Source: Selaginella moellendorffii (taxonomy: Eukaryota; Plantae; Lycopodiophyta). From it: a stretch of 64,000 bases of DNA. The notes beneath the pieces were generated by a model. The model was given only the letters and a program-made list of their open reading frames with translations, did no database searches and had not been told where the DNA came from. Made by a program: the position numbers and the translations under genes. The stretch lies in NCBI RefSeq assembly GCF_000143415.4, contig NW_003314269.1:3217060-3281059 (forward strand). The letters are read 5' to 3'. Below, piece by piece: positions 1 to 11,264 of this stretch (its first letter is position 1; each line of letters opens with the position of its first letter).

Positions 1-620
1 GCCACAGCAGCAGCTGCCACCACCGCAGCAACAGGTTCACCGAATACTTATTGTACTTCGTAACCTCTTGCATCCATTTGACATGGGTGTTTGCCGTCGT
101 TTCAGATGATCCGAGGTAATCGGAATTTCCGGTACACTCCCTCGGCCAGGAACACTCCCGAAGTTCCCGTACCACCGCAACTCGTGAATGTGCTGCCTGT
201 TCCGCTGGAGATACCAAGCGTGCCTCTGACTCCTGTTTCCCCGCTTCCGCCGTCGTTACCCATCGGTGCGCTTGCATCCGCTCTGGCTTCCGCGTCTCCC
301 GAGCACCAACGAGTGGTACGTAGATTTGGATTTGTTTTTGGTACGTCCCGTGTGCACCGTTTTCTTACGCGAGTCTCGATTGCGTGTAGATGCTGGGAGA
401 GCAGCTGTATCCTCTGGTCGACCAGCTCGAGCATGACCACGCCGGAAAGGTAACTGGTATGCTGCTCGAGATGGACCAGACTGAGATCCTCCATCTGCTC
501 GAGGCACCGGATGCTCTGAAAGCCAAAGTTGCGGAGGCCATGGAGGTGCTGAGGCAGGCCCAGAGGTCGCCCTCGACAGAGCTGGCGTCCCTCTCGCTCA
601 ACGAGCCAATTCCGTCGTAA
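1..620 (+). CDS. PAB: Poly(A)-binding protein, C-terminal part (Pro/Gln linker + MLLE/PABC domain); 5' truncated by window edge
   Basis: Exons <1-34, 106-315 and 390-620 with GT-AG borders. Translation 'LASASPEHQRV|MLGEQLYPLVDQLEHDHAGKVTGMLLEMDQTEILHLLE' contains the KITGMLLE-type signature. Confidence 0.95.
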
Positions 621-1719
621 AGCAGCAGCAGCAGAGAGTGTGCATTGAGTTTTCGTATGACGGAGTACATTTTGTTTCTCGTTTTTCTTTCTTTCTTTTA
701 ATGCTTTTTTTTTTCCCTTACGGTTGACTGCATAGAGATGTTTGCTGGACGAGAGTGAGTTCTTTTTTTCTCTTTCTCTCTCTTTTTTTGCTTTCGTTTG
801 CTTTGCTGTTCCTTAGACTTGCTTTCATTCTGTGTTCATTTCATTTTCGGTTTCGTCTGCTGCTGCTGCTTTTTTTTGCTCGTTCTTACGCATCGGCTTC
901 ATTTGTAGACTGGTGGTTGGGATGGGAAAGTTTTGATATTCTTTTTCTTCTTCTTTGTTGGCTCTTGGAATAAACGACATTAGGAAGTATGTGGCTCTCT
1001 CTCTGACAAGATCTCTCGCTCCCTTTTTTTCTTTCTTCGTCGTCCTTTAAGGTTGTCTGTGGGTCCTAACCTCGTGTTCTTGTTTCTCAGCCTCAGCTCT
1101 GCGCCTTCTGCTGATGTGTGGTGAAGTTTTTTTTTCAGCAGCAGTGGGTGTCATGGTACAGTGCACATGTTGATCAGGTAATGCAGTGTACCTTTTTTCT
1201 GCATTTGTTATAACTTCCAGATTCGGGGCCGCTTGCTAATAACTCCCGTGTTTGTTGTAGAGAGCTGGAGTGAAGGCTTAGTGTTTCGTTCGTCGGAACC
1301 AAATGCTCTACGGAGGAGGGAAGGAATGGAGACGAGACCGGGGGCGTGTTGGTGTTAATCTGGACTTGGTTTCTCTCGACACGGCCAACGAACTCCTCTC
1401 GGGTAAACTCCGTTTCTCTGTCCGTCCGCCTGCTCAGCTCAGCTAGTCTCGGTTCGTTGGTTTGCTGGCCTGGAAAGCTTTCGAAGTTTGCGTCGTCGTG
1501 TCTAATGTCATCGATCGTTCGTTAGAACCGGAACTTCGCTTTTGTTTTGCTTTTGGAGGCTTTCTCGATCGATCGCGAGCGAGCGAGCGCGAAGAAGACA
1601 TACCGAAAGAATCTGACAGAGGGACATCAAGCGTCAGTGCGTACACAGGTACATTTAAGTTGCTTTAACTCTGCTCGTCGAGAGAGAGAGAGATAGCTTG
1701 GCTTTGCTGGGCTTGGCTT

Positions 1720-2670
1720 TGCATTGCATTGCGTCGTGTGTGTGTGTGATGTTGTGACGCTCTTCTCTTCTTGGCGGTTTTTACCTTCGCCCAGTTGGTA
1801 CGAGAACCTGCCGTATCTGTGTGGGCATTATCGGACCAGCAGCAACACACTGGCCCCAGTGTACGGAAAAAGTGGTGGCCAGGACTTTTTTCCGCAAAAT
1901 CGCCACGTCACCCTGACCGAGGGGCTGCCACGTGTTAGTGAAATCACCAGTGACAACGTCACTTTCGGCAAATCCCCCTAAAGGGAACTGGACGAGAAGC
2001 CCCCGTTATTTTATGTCCACTTGTCGGTTGACCCTTGGTGGAATGTTTTGCCCTGTGCTCGGATGGGTAATTTTTTTTTATCTGATTTATACTTTCCAAA
2101 TGGAAATATACGCTTAATCATGGATGTTTAACCCAGGGTGGGATAGCTAGTTTTTTTCTATCTCATGGTTCAAGGTGATTTATACTTTCCACCCAATGCA
2201 ATATACGCTAAATCATGGGCGCAAAACGCTACTAATTGTCCACCAATGATTACGACCACTATTTACCGCTGTGGTAAATCAAGTAAGGGTCAACTGGCAG
2301 CGAAAGTGACGCCTCTTTCCTTTTTGGTCAAGTTACCCCTTTGTGGGAAGATTTCCCCCCGAAAGTGACCGTCGGATCACCGAATCGGACGGACATGCCG
2401 CGCTGATTTCGGAAAGCTATCGGACGACTGTCGTTCTCACACATGGCAGGTATAGGAATGTGACGTGGCCAGATTCTCGGATTCCAGATTCCAGGCTACA
2501 TGGCCCGCGAAATATAAATGCGGGTAAGGATTGCTGTCCGTACTTGGGTCACAGTGTATTTGTGGCCGGTCCGAATATGGCCTCCCAGATACGGGCTGTC
2601 TTGCCGTACCAACTGGGGGGAGGTTAAACTCACTGAGTCACACACACACACACACATGCAAGCAATGCAG
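1720..2670. repeat. Long imperfect inverted repeat (foldback); arms ~1720-1995 and ~2325-2670
   Basis: Left 'ttaccttcgcccagttggtacgagaacctgccgtatctg...tcggacc' matches the reverse complement of the right arm 'taacctccccccagttggtacggcaagacagcccgtatctg...tcggacc'. Also 'gtcactttcgg..aaatc..aaaggg' pairs with 'cccttt..gattt..ccgaaagtgac', and a (TG)n tract on the left pairs with (CA)n on the right. Confidence 0.8.
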
Positions 2671-3615
2671 GAGAAAATCAAGCAAAAACAAGCACCAAAG
2701 AGAAATCTGGAATAAAATACTCCAGGAAAAAAAAAAGGCCTTTTTTTTTTGAAAAAAAGGGAGAAAGGGAAGGAAAAAATCTCAGTACTAAGTTGTGTCA
2801 CTCACTTACTGACCCTTTGATGCCCATTGTCAGATTGTTTTGGTATGTTTTCCATGATCAATCAAAACTTTGGAACTCTAAGTAATAGAAGCTCCTAGAG
2901 TGTACAGGGAAAAACATGGATTGGAGAGGAGTTTTCTTTGCGGCGCATAGAGTCTAGTGTAGAGATTGTGTAGGCCATTTGATAGAAATTTAAATACGAT
3001 TGCGTAGAGGAGAGCTTGTAGAAGAAGAAGAAGAAGCAGTTCTTCTCTTTCCCTTTCCCCCTGGGCTTTTATCCGTGGCGTGTTTTCACAGCTATTCCGA
3101 GGAACAGTCCCACAAGGATTGGATATGGCTACTGACTCGATGCGTGACCATAGTGGTCTTTCTCTCTCTCTCCTTTTCTACTGCGAGACTCGAGAAGAAC
3201 AAATCTAAGTGTGTCTTCAACTAGGCCTCGCTCAGTTTCTCCTCGACAAGAAGTAGATTTGAGTCATGGAATCACTCGATCGATCTCTCTATTGTTGGAG
3301 CAGCAGCAGCAGCAGCATTTAGAAGCTACAAAAGGAAGGACGAACAACAGAAAAAAGCAAAACGAGGAATTCTTTGCAGCGGGCAATTTGGCCGATTCCA
3401 CAGGTGCCTAGAGACGCAATTTCACCGATCGCTGGACGTCTCATCCATGGTTCCTACCTCCAAAGATCACTTCAAAGTTTGAGCGCGTTTTTCTTTCCTT
3501 TCCTTTTCTCTCTCTCCTTTTTTTTACTGCTCTTTCTTCTTTCTTTTCCTTCTGTGTGTGTGTGTGTGTGTGTGTTTTTTTTTTCGGGTAAAGAAAATAA
3601 TATAATCTCTACCCA

Positions 3616-3931
3616 ATGGAGCCTTCTGCCGCTGCTGCTGCTGCTGCTGCTGCGGATCGTGGTCTCGGTAGCAGCATTACTACTACTGCGACTACCACTT
3701 CTTCTACAGTAGACGCGCGCTCCTCCAAGGCCGCCAATGAGAGCCGCTTGATCTTTCACCATGACCATCAGCAGCAGCTCCATCACCACCACCACCACCA
3801 CCATCTCCATCAGCAGCAACAGCAGCAAACACAGCAATCCCAGCAGCAGCAACAGCAGCAGCAGCAAAGCCTGATGAGGTACCATTCTGCTCCTGGATCT
3901 TTGCTTTGCAGCCTCATGGATCCTGGTCCCC

Positions 3932-3966
<35 letters not shown>

Positions 3967-6286
3967 CAGATCACTCACCACCAAGTCATCCCCCACCAGC
4001 ATCTAGACATGAACAGCATCAACATCAATATGAGCATCACCAACGAGATTTTCAGCCTGGATGGAGCTGGAGCTGGAGCTGGAGGAGCTGGAGGAACTGG
4101 CAATGGCTCCCGGGATCAAGGCGGAGCGGGAGGAGGAGCTGGGGTTTCTAGCAGCAATGGTAGCATGCAAAGCGTGGCCTTGGCGAGGATGGGATCAGGC
4201 ATCGACAGCGCCGGGCAGCAGCAGTATGATCATCAGGACTCGTATGAGGCTCACCACTCCTCCGCGCAGCAGCAGGCCGCGGGAGGGATGATCCCACTCG
4301 CGTTTCGCGTCCACCACCACCAAGAACAGGCGCACGAATTGGAGAGGAGCCGCGGAGGCAGCAATTTGAACCTTCCCTCGTCCTCCTCGGCCGTGATAGG
4401 CAGCGGCGGCGGCGGAGGAGGCGGCGGGGCTAGAGGCGGCGGGTCCTCGGCGTCGCCGGGCGGATCATCGCTCCACCACCACCACTTCATGCCTCTGATC
4501 GATCACCACGCGTTCGACCCCGCGGCCGCGGCAGCAGCACTGGCGAGTCATGGATTCGATGCGCAGCGAGCGGCAGCGATGATTCATCCGCAGGACCTCG
4601 ACGACGATCCCACCGCCGCCAGCACCAATCCATTGTTCGCCGCCGCCGCCGCCGAGTGTGGCGGGCTCGCGCTGGTGAAGCAAAAGAGCTCCCCCGCCGA
4701 TCTCCTCTCCAAGCTTGTCGAGGGAATGGCCAGCCGGGGCGGCGGCGGAGAGAGTAGCAACATTTCCAGTCCCAGCGATCACCACCACCACCACCATCAC
4801 CACCACCACTCCGCCCACCACGCCGCTGCCGCTGCCGCCGCCGCGAGCTTGGTCATCCCCGCGTTGTTGCAACCGCTGGCGCGATCCAGCAGCGACAGCC
4901 TCTCGGCGTCCAGAATTCCTGGCGTTAACGTGGAGCTCGGCGGCGGAGGAGGAGGAGATGGGAGCTGGGATGGCGGCGGTGGTGGCGGCGGAGGTGGCGG
5001 CGGCGGCGGGGCCTTGATCATGAGCATGCACGATCAGGTGGCCTCGAGCAGGAAGCGGCTTCGAGAATCGGATCAGGTGGTGGAGCAGCAGCAGCAGCAA
5101 TTCGCCGAGGAGATTGGCTACTGCGACGAGGTGAGTGAGTGTCCGATTGTTCTTCGTGTTCTTCGCTGGAAATCTGGCTTTGTGGTTCTTTGTTCTTTGT
5201 TTATACAGCATATATTTGTCAGTCCTGCATGAATTTCACTGCTTCATTCTCTGGTGTGTGTGTGTGTATCTGGAGGCGTATCTACAGGTTCAGTGCACTC
5301 TCTCCTTTTTATTTGTTCTTAAATTTCTCTTTGGCTCCAAACACCAAGACTCCTGGACTTCGTTTTCTTGTTGTTATTCGCTCTTTCTCGTTTGATCCTC
5401 TTGTATTCTGTATAGATTATAGATTCGGCTCCTCGTGCGTGTTCTTGTGCGAATTCACACCAAAGTTCGTCGGGTGTTTGATTGCCACCATTCCTCTTCA
5501 GTGACTTCCTTTCTTTTTTACTTGTGTTTACTTGATTGATTTCCCTTAGCTCCAAGTCGATGGCTGGAGTGCTTGGATGGCAGGCTTCGTGGTTCTAAGT
5601 GGCTGGAGGTTTCTGCAGGATCAGTGCGGCTTGGAGCACCAGGCGCTGGTGCTCTCGCGGCACCTCAGCCTGCGGAAGGAGCTGCAGGATTCGGTGCCCT
5701 GCAAGCTGCGAGCCCGGCGGGGATGCGCCACTCATCCCCGCAGCGTCGCAGAGCGAGTAAGTCGACCTTCCGCAACCTCCATTACAGAATCACCTTCCAG
5801 AGCGTTCTCTTTCCACCACCCTCTAGTTCTTCCCAATCTTTGCGCAAAGATTGGGAAGAACTAGAGATTGCCTACTTTTGTTTTCGAGGCGCACGAATGA
5901 ATTCAGCCTCTGATCTCCGTGGCTTCCGTGGCTGCAGGTTCGCAGGACCAAGATCAGCGAGGGAATCAAGCGGCTGCATGATCTCGTCCCAAACATGGAC
6001 AAGGTTCAGTGGATTTCCTTTCTCAAGTTTAATATAATTTTACAACTTTGCCCAGCAAACCAACACAGCAGACATGCTCAACCATGCAATGGAATACATG
6101 AAGCAGCTCAAGGAGAAAATTGAACAGATGAAAGAGGTATAAACACAGAAGAAAAAAAGAGAAAAAGAGAATCTCAACAAAAAAGCTCTCTCCAACTTGA
6201 TTTTATTACCAACACTGCCTTTGTTTTTTCGCAAGGAGCTCAGGAGATGCAAGGAGAAATGCCAAGGACTGTGCAGCGAAGAGTAG
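3616..6286 (+). CDS. bHLH transcription factor, subfamily IX (FBH/AKS, bHLH80/81/122/128-130-like)
   Basis: Exons 3616-5130, 5619-5756, 5938-6003, 6056-6136 and 6236-6286. bHLH domain 'VPCKLRARRGCATHPRSVAER|VRRTKISEGIKRLHDLVPNMDK|QTNTADMLNHAMEYMKQL'. N-terminal motifs LMRYHSAPGSLL and LVKQKSSPADLL. Confidence 0.92.
3770..5010 (+). repeat. Coding trinucleotide microsatellites (CAG, CAC, GGC, GCC) giving polyQ/polyH/polyG/polyA tracts in bHLH exon 1
   Basis: Visible runs at about 3770-3866, 3934-3969, 4404-4427, 4780-4809 and 4973-5010. Confidence 0.9.
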
Positions 6287-6753
6287 AACAAACACAGCCA
6301 AATTTTAAGACAAACTTTGGTCCTAGCCATTCTTTTGTTGCAAATATTAGAAGAAAAGATGGCATACATATAATATATATATATACTATGAGCGGACATA
6401 TATGATCCGTCCAGGTAAGTATAGGCACATAACACAAAATATATACTATCAATCAACTTTTAGAAAAGGAAAAGCTTCCACCTTAGAATCCCATCGATCT
6501 CTCAAATCTCCTCCCATCCTAGCATTTTATTCCGCTTACAGCCGTTGTCCACCTCCTCTCTTCATCCCCCCAAAAAAAGCACGATGATCCATCCAATGGA
6601 ACTTCAGAACTTTAGCTAGCATAAATTTGATCTTCCAAAAAGCCTGCTCTGTCTGGTTCCTCTTTCTTTCCTCTTTTCCCCTCATCCTCATTTCTCTCTG
6701 TGTGGCATTAGAAGAAAGAAAGATGCCAACAGAAGAAAAACCGAGAGAAACTT

Positions 6754-9490
6754 TCACCCAGCCCGGTTACCCAATGACGAAGATGATGTCACAGCTAGCA
6801 AGCGATGGCCACCACCGTTTCTCCACGCCCCGCGAGTCGTAGTAGCAGTAGTAGCACCAGCCGGTACTTCTTCCACAGTGCTGGTCTCTTCCTCCTCCAC
6901 GTCTGAGCCAAGCCTGTTCCTGAGAAACTTTGGCACCTTCTTCTTCTTCTTCGTATCCACAGCCTCTTTGATCACATCGTTGCCGCTGTTGCTGTTTCCA
7001 CCCGGCTGATGGAGCGGCTTCCCAGCTCCGCAAGCAGCGCAGTGGACGCTGCTCCACGGGTTTACCAGCGTGCACGTCTCGCAGCTCCAATCCGACGTAC
7101 CGGGAGGAGCTTCGGCTTTGGCTTTGTACAGCACCGAGAGTGACGGCGACGACGACGATGACAACGAAGGGAACGACGAAGGTAACAACGGGAATGACGA
7201 ACTTGTCCCACTCCCTCCCTTTCTACGGTATCCGTCCGTGGAAAGAACTTCCACGTCCTCCTCCACTGCTGCCTGCTTTTCTCTTCGTCTGGCTGCGCCG
7301 TCGCCGCTCGGGTCCCTGTATCCATTCCTTGGTTTCTCTGCTGCTGCTGCTCTGCCTTGTTTCATCACGTCCAGCAGTTCCTCCTGCTTCCTTCGGTCCG
7401 GACACAGTCGAGCCAGCTCCGGAAGAATGTTTGACAAGCCGAGCTTCGCCACCTGATCGTAGTATGACTTGGCGCTCAGTTCCCCGCTTCGAAACTGCGA
7501 GTGTACCTCCTTGAACTTTGCGAACTTGTCTTCATTGCCTTTCAAGTGGGATCGTATCTCCTCTATCAAGACTTTTGTTGCAGCTCGTATCTCGTCCATG
7601 CTCAACTGGACGACGTCGGCACTGGCAGGACGTACCACGGTACTGCTGCTGCTCGAGTGAGAAGATCCACCTCCACCACCTCCGGCGCCAGCGCCGGGGA
7701 CACCCAGGGGAGGTCCGCGCCCAGCGAGAGCACTACTCGAGTGGCCGGCTTGCAGCTCCGGATACTCGGAAGGATTTAGAGTGATGATCGCTCGACTTTC
7801 GGGGGGGCGAGTCTCGGGAACAGCTCGCTGCTTTGCATTGAGAACCTTGACTTTCTTTCCTCCGGCCCCTCCGGCCGCGATGAGCGAAGCCAACGGACGC
7901 TGGCTCTGCTGCCGAGAATGCTGCGGCTGAGCTGCTCCAGGTAATGGCGGAAACGCGGACTCGTTGAGAGATGAGCGGCCTCCGCCGTGTAACGCAGTAC
8001 GATACCACCTCGCGCTGTCGGTGTTCTCTCTAGTGCTTGCGCTTGCTGCAGCACTTTCGGATGGAGCAAGCGCGGGGAAGTGCGCGGGGTTGTTTGCCAC
8101 AGCGGAGGTATCAGTGTCTTCGGATGCGAGCGGGACAACGGTCTCCCTGGGAGGCGAAGACAAGAGTTCGGCATTCAAGTCGTTCCCTCGGTTGCCTCTA
8201 TAGTACGAGCTTCTTCCACGCTCTGAAGTTTGTTGGCCTGGAGAACGTCGGAACTGATAGCTAACAGGAATCTGGAATTTGACACCATGAGCTACGGCGC
8301 AGGCGAAATACATGCGGACAAACTTCACCTTCAGCGCTGCGTTTCGCTGAGCACGCGTCAGGCTCCCTCCATGCTCTTTGGCATTGTGAACCTAAACGAC
8401 GTAACTTAAGTCTAAAGTAGACGACACAATCTCTTACGCTCACCTTCAATTCTTGCTCGGAAGCAAACACAACAAACTTTTTCGCAAGGCAGTCAGGATC
8501 TTCGCAAAGAGCATGCTCATTCCGAAAGTGACTCTGTAGAAAAAGGACACTCACTAGTGACGTGTCAACGAGGTGAGCTTTCCTACCTCCAAGTCGTCGT
8601 AGTTTTCATAATAATCAAATTGTCCAGGCCTCAACCTGCATTGGATACACAATGAGAAAATGAGAAGCTGCACCAAAGGTGGACACTTTTACCTCTGGCA
8701 AAGATGGCACGTAAAATGTTCCGTGGACATGTGGTGGTAGAGCTCGTTGTCACTATAAAACCTCCTGGTACAAAAGGCACACATAGGATGGCCCGTGAAG
8801 CCACCTCGCTCCTCCTCATTCCCATCCACGACAGAATCTCCTCTAGAAGAGTGGCGCTCGAGCTGTGGCTTGGTATACAGCTTTTGATCCTGAATGAACA
8901 CCTGCAAAGAGGAGAGGAAAACTTTAGCACACTCACACAACATCCAAGTTGCAGTACCTTACGGCCTTCCAAGCACAGCGAACACATGATGAGCCTGTGC
9001 GCCGAGAAGATGTGGCGTCGAAGAGTATCCAGGTTTCTAAAGACGTGGCCAGCTCGAACAGCTCCATTGACAGGAGGAGTAGTGGCAGTGGCAGCCTCGC
9101 AAACTTTGCACTGGAGGCGGCACATAGCTTTGATCCTCTTGTATTCATCCTCGTCGTCAAAGTAGGCCCCAATGTCCGCCTCGAACCAAAGGTTGCCACT
9201 TTGGTGGCCAGTGGACAAGGAGCTAAAGTCCGACACCACTTTGGTATAGTCCCCGAGAGCCTACGCAAGAATCTCTACTCTGTGAGCTCGCTATCGAGAA
9301 GAAACCAAAGAAAAAATCTCACCTTTGTGACGAAGACGAATGGACACTCCTGTTTGCATATGCAACAGCGCTTATCATCGAGCACGACCCTCAGCCTAGC
9401 GGTGCATGTAGCGCACACTTCCCGGTGGCCGCAAGCGCCGTAGGCGATCCACTCCAGCGGCTCGGCACACACAGCGCAGCAATCCTCCAT
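6754..9490 (-). CDS. HEL2: E3 ubiquitin ligase HEL2/ZNF598-like (RING, C2H2 fingers, RanBP2-type zinc finger)
   Basis: ATG at 9490: 'MEDCCAVCAEPLEWIAYGACGHREVCATCTARLR...CCICK'. Also 'GGFTGHPMCAFCTRRFYSDNELYHHMSTEHFTCHLC' and C-terminal 'WSCETCTLVNPWSSVHCAACG'. Multi-exon, last exon ends at 6754. Confidence 0.92.
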
Positions 9491-9711
9491 CTCTGAGCTT
9501 GAAAAGCAGAAATTTCGGAGGAAATCTAGCTCGGGGAAGAGGAAACACCACCGGAATCGCAGCGCCTGGAGCAGCACGACAGAGGGGAAGAGCTCGCGCT
9601 CGCCGATGCCGATCGCGATCCCAAAAATCCTCGATCAAACCCTAGACGGCTCTCTACTAAAAGGACAAAACGCGTTTGGTGATAAACCCTAATTCCATTC
9701 ACTGTGAAGGG
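9491..9711. promoter_or_regulatory. Bidirectional promoter shared by HEL2 and NRPB7, with telo-boxes
   Basis: Only 221 bp between the divergent ATGs. AAACCCTAG at ~9638 and AAACCCTAA at ~9684. Confidence 0.6.
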
Positions 9712-10991
9712 ATGTTCTTCCATATCCGCCTCGAGCGCAATCTCCAGCTCCATCCGCGATTCTTTGGGCCGCAGCTCAGAGACAAGCTCGTCGAGAAGCT
9801 CATCCACGACGTCGAGGGCACTTGCAGGTACGTTTCTAGCGTTTCCAGAGTAGGGAAAGAGTTTCCAGGTTAAGAATCGCGTATTTTAGGCGCTCTAGAG
9901 GCATAGTCGCTGAATCTGAGGGCCTGCATTGGCCTGCTCGGGCTCTTCTAGCTTCTAGAGCAAGGATTTTGTCCTCCCGGGTTGTTCTAGCTTCTAGGAG
10001 CAAGGATTTTTTCCTTCGCTCTCGGGTTGTTCTAGCTTTTAGGAGCAAGGATTTTCTTATGTTCTAGCTTCAAGTTTTTCTCTCGGATATTGTTCTAGCT
10101 TCTAGCTTTTCCTTTCGGGTTGTTCTACCTTCTAGGATTTTTTCGTTTCGGATTGTTCTTGCTAGGAGCAAGGTTTGTTTTCCTGTTTTTTTTCCTCTAA
10201 AGAGAAGCTTTTCGCTGTGAGATTTTTGGTTGCGTTTTTTATTTCTTGTGGTTCTTATCTTTGGCCTTGTTTTTCATTTGGTTTGGATAATCTCTCTTTG
10301 GAGTTCTAAACCTTTAGCTCTTCCCTTTCCAGTGGAAGACATGGCTTTGTTGTTGCCGTGACCGGAGTGGACACGATTGGCAAGGGACTCATTCGCGACG
10401 GGACTGGCTACGTAACTTTTCCCATACACTACCAGTGCGTAGTCTTCCGCCCTTTCAAAGGCGAGATTCTTGAAGGGGTCGTGACGCTGGTCAATAAGGT
10501 TGGCTCCTCCTCCTCTCCCAAATCTCTCATACTTACGTTTTTGTGAATTCGCAGATGGGATTCTTCGCAGAAGCCGGACCAGTCCAGATTTTCGTCTCAA
10601 ACCACGTAAGTTTGCTCAAGTTTGTTTGTTCTTCCTCGTTTTCTCTTAATAACTTGGAAAGCCTGCAGCTTATTCCAGATGACATGTCCTTTCAGTCCGG
10701 CGATGTACCCTGCTACGAAACATCTGATAGCTCGGTGAGCATGTGTGTGTGTGCTCTTCCGGAAAACCTCAAACTTTTTTTTTCTTTTTCCTCAGGTCCG
10801 AATACAAAAGGACAGCGAGGTGCGCCTTAAAATCGTTGGAACTCGTGTAGACGCCACTGAAATTGTAAGCATGCTCCGCTCGGCTTCTCGAAACTGGTGT
10901 TAAAAAATATCTGTACGCTACATAGTTCTGCATCGGGACGATCAAGGACGATTTCCTGGGCCTTATCGGCGATCCAACAGCAGGAGCTTAA
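9712..10991 (+). CDS. NRPB7: RNA polymerase II subunit RPB7
   Basis: 'MFFHIRLERNLQLHPRFFGPQLRDKLVEKLIHDVEGTC..GFVVAVTG..YQCVVFRPFKGEILEGVVTLVNK|MGFFAEAGPVQIFVSNH|LIPDDM..VRLKIVGTRVDATEI|FCIGTIKDDFLGLIGDPTAGA*' across six exons. Confidence 0.97.
9939..10175 (+). repeat. Degenerate ~35-45-bp minisatellite in NRPB7 intron 1
   Basis: About 6-7 variants of 'cgggttgttctagcttctaggagcaaggatttt' (9939, 9978, 10023, 10084, 10115, 10149). Confidence 0.85.
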
Positions 10992-11264
10992 GACTCTGGT
11001 CAGTGGTAAGCTTTTCATCTTTCTTTGCATAGCCAGTTTACTAAGCACGACTCTAAACAGGACCACCTTTGTAGAGCTCAAGGCCTTTTGCTTTTGTTTG
11101 ATGGAATGCTAACATTATATTACAATATAGCCGCGCTTCCAGACCCTTTCTATCAACAAAGAGAGAGCTTTCCGGGAGGAGGAGCTAGGTAGGCTGCTGC
11201 AAAACTCGCTCCCGACGTTGCTTTCTTTTTACAAAACTGAGAAGAGCTGCACTGCCGGATCATC

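Noticed and set aside
3100-3490. Short upstream ORFs in the bHLH leader region
   Set aside because: TSS is unknown and no conserved-peptide uORF was recognised. Short ATG-ORFs are expected by chance.
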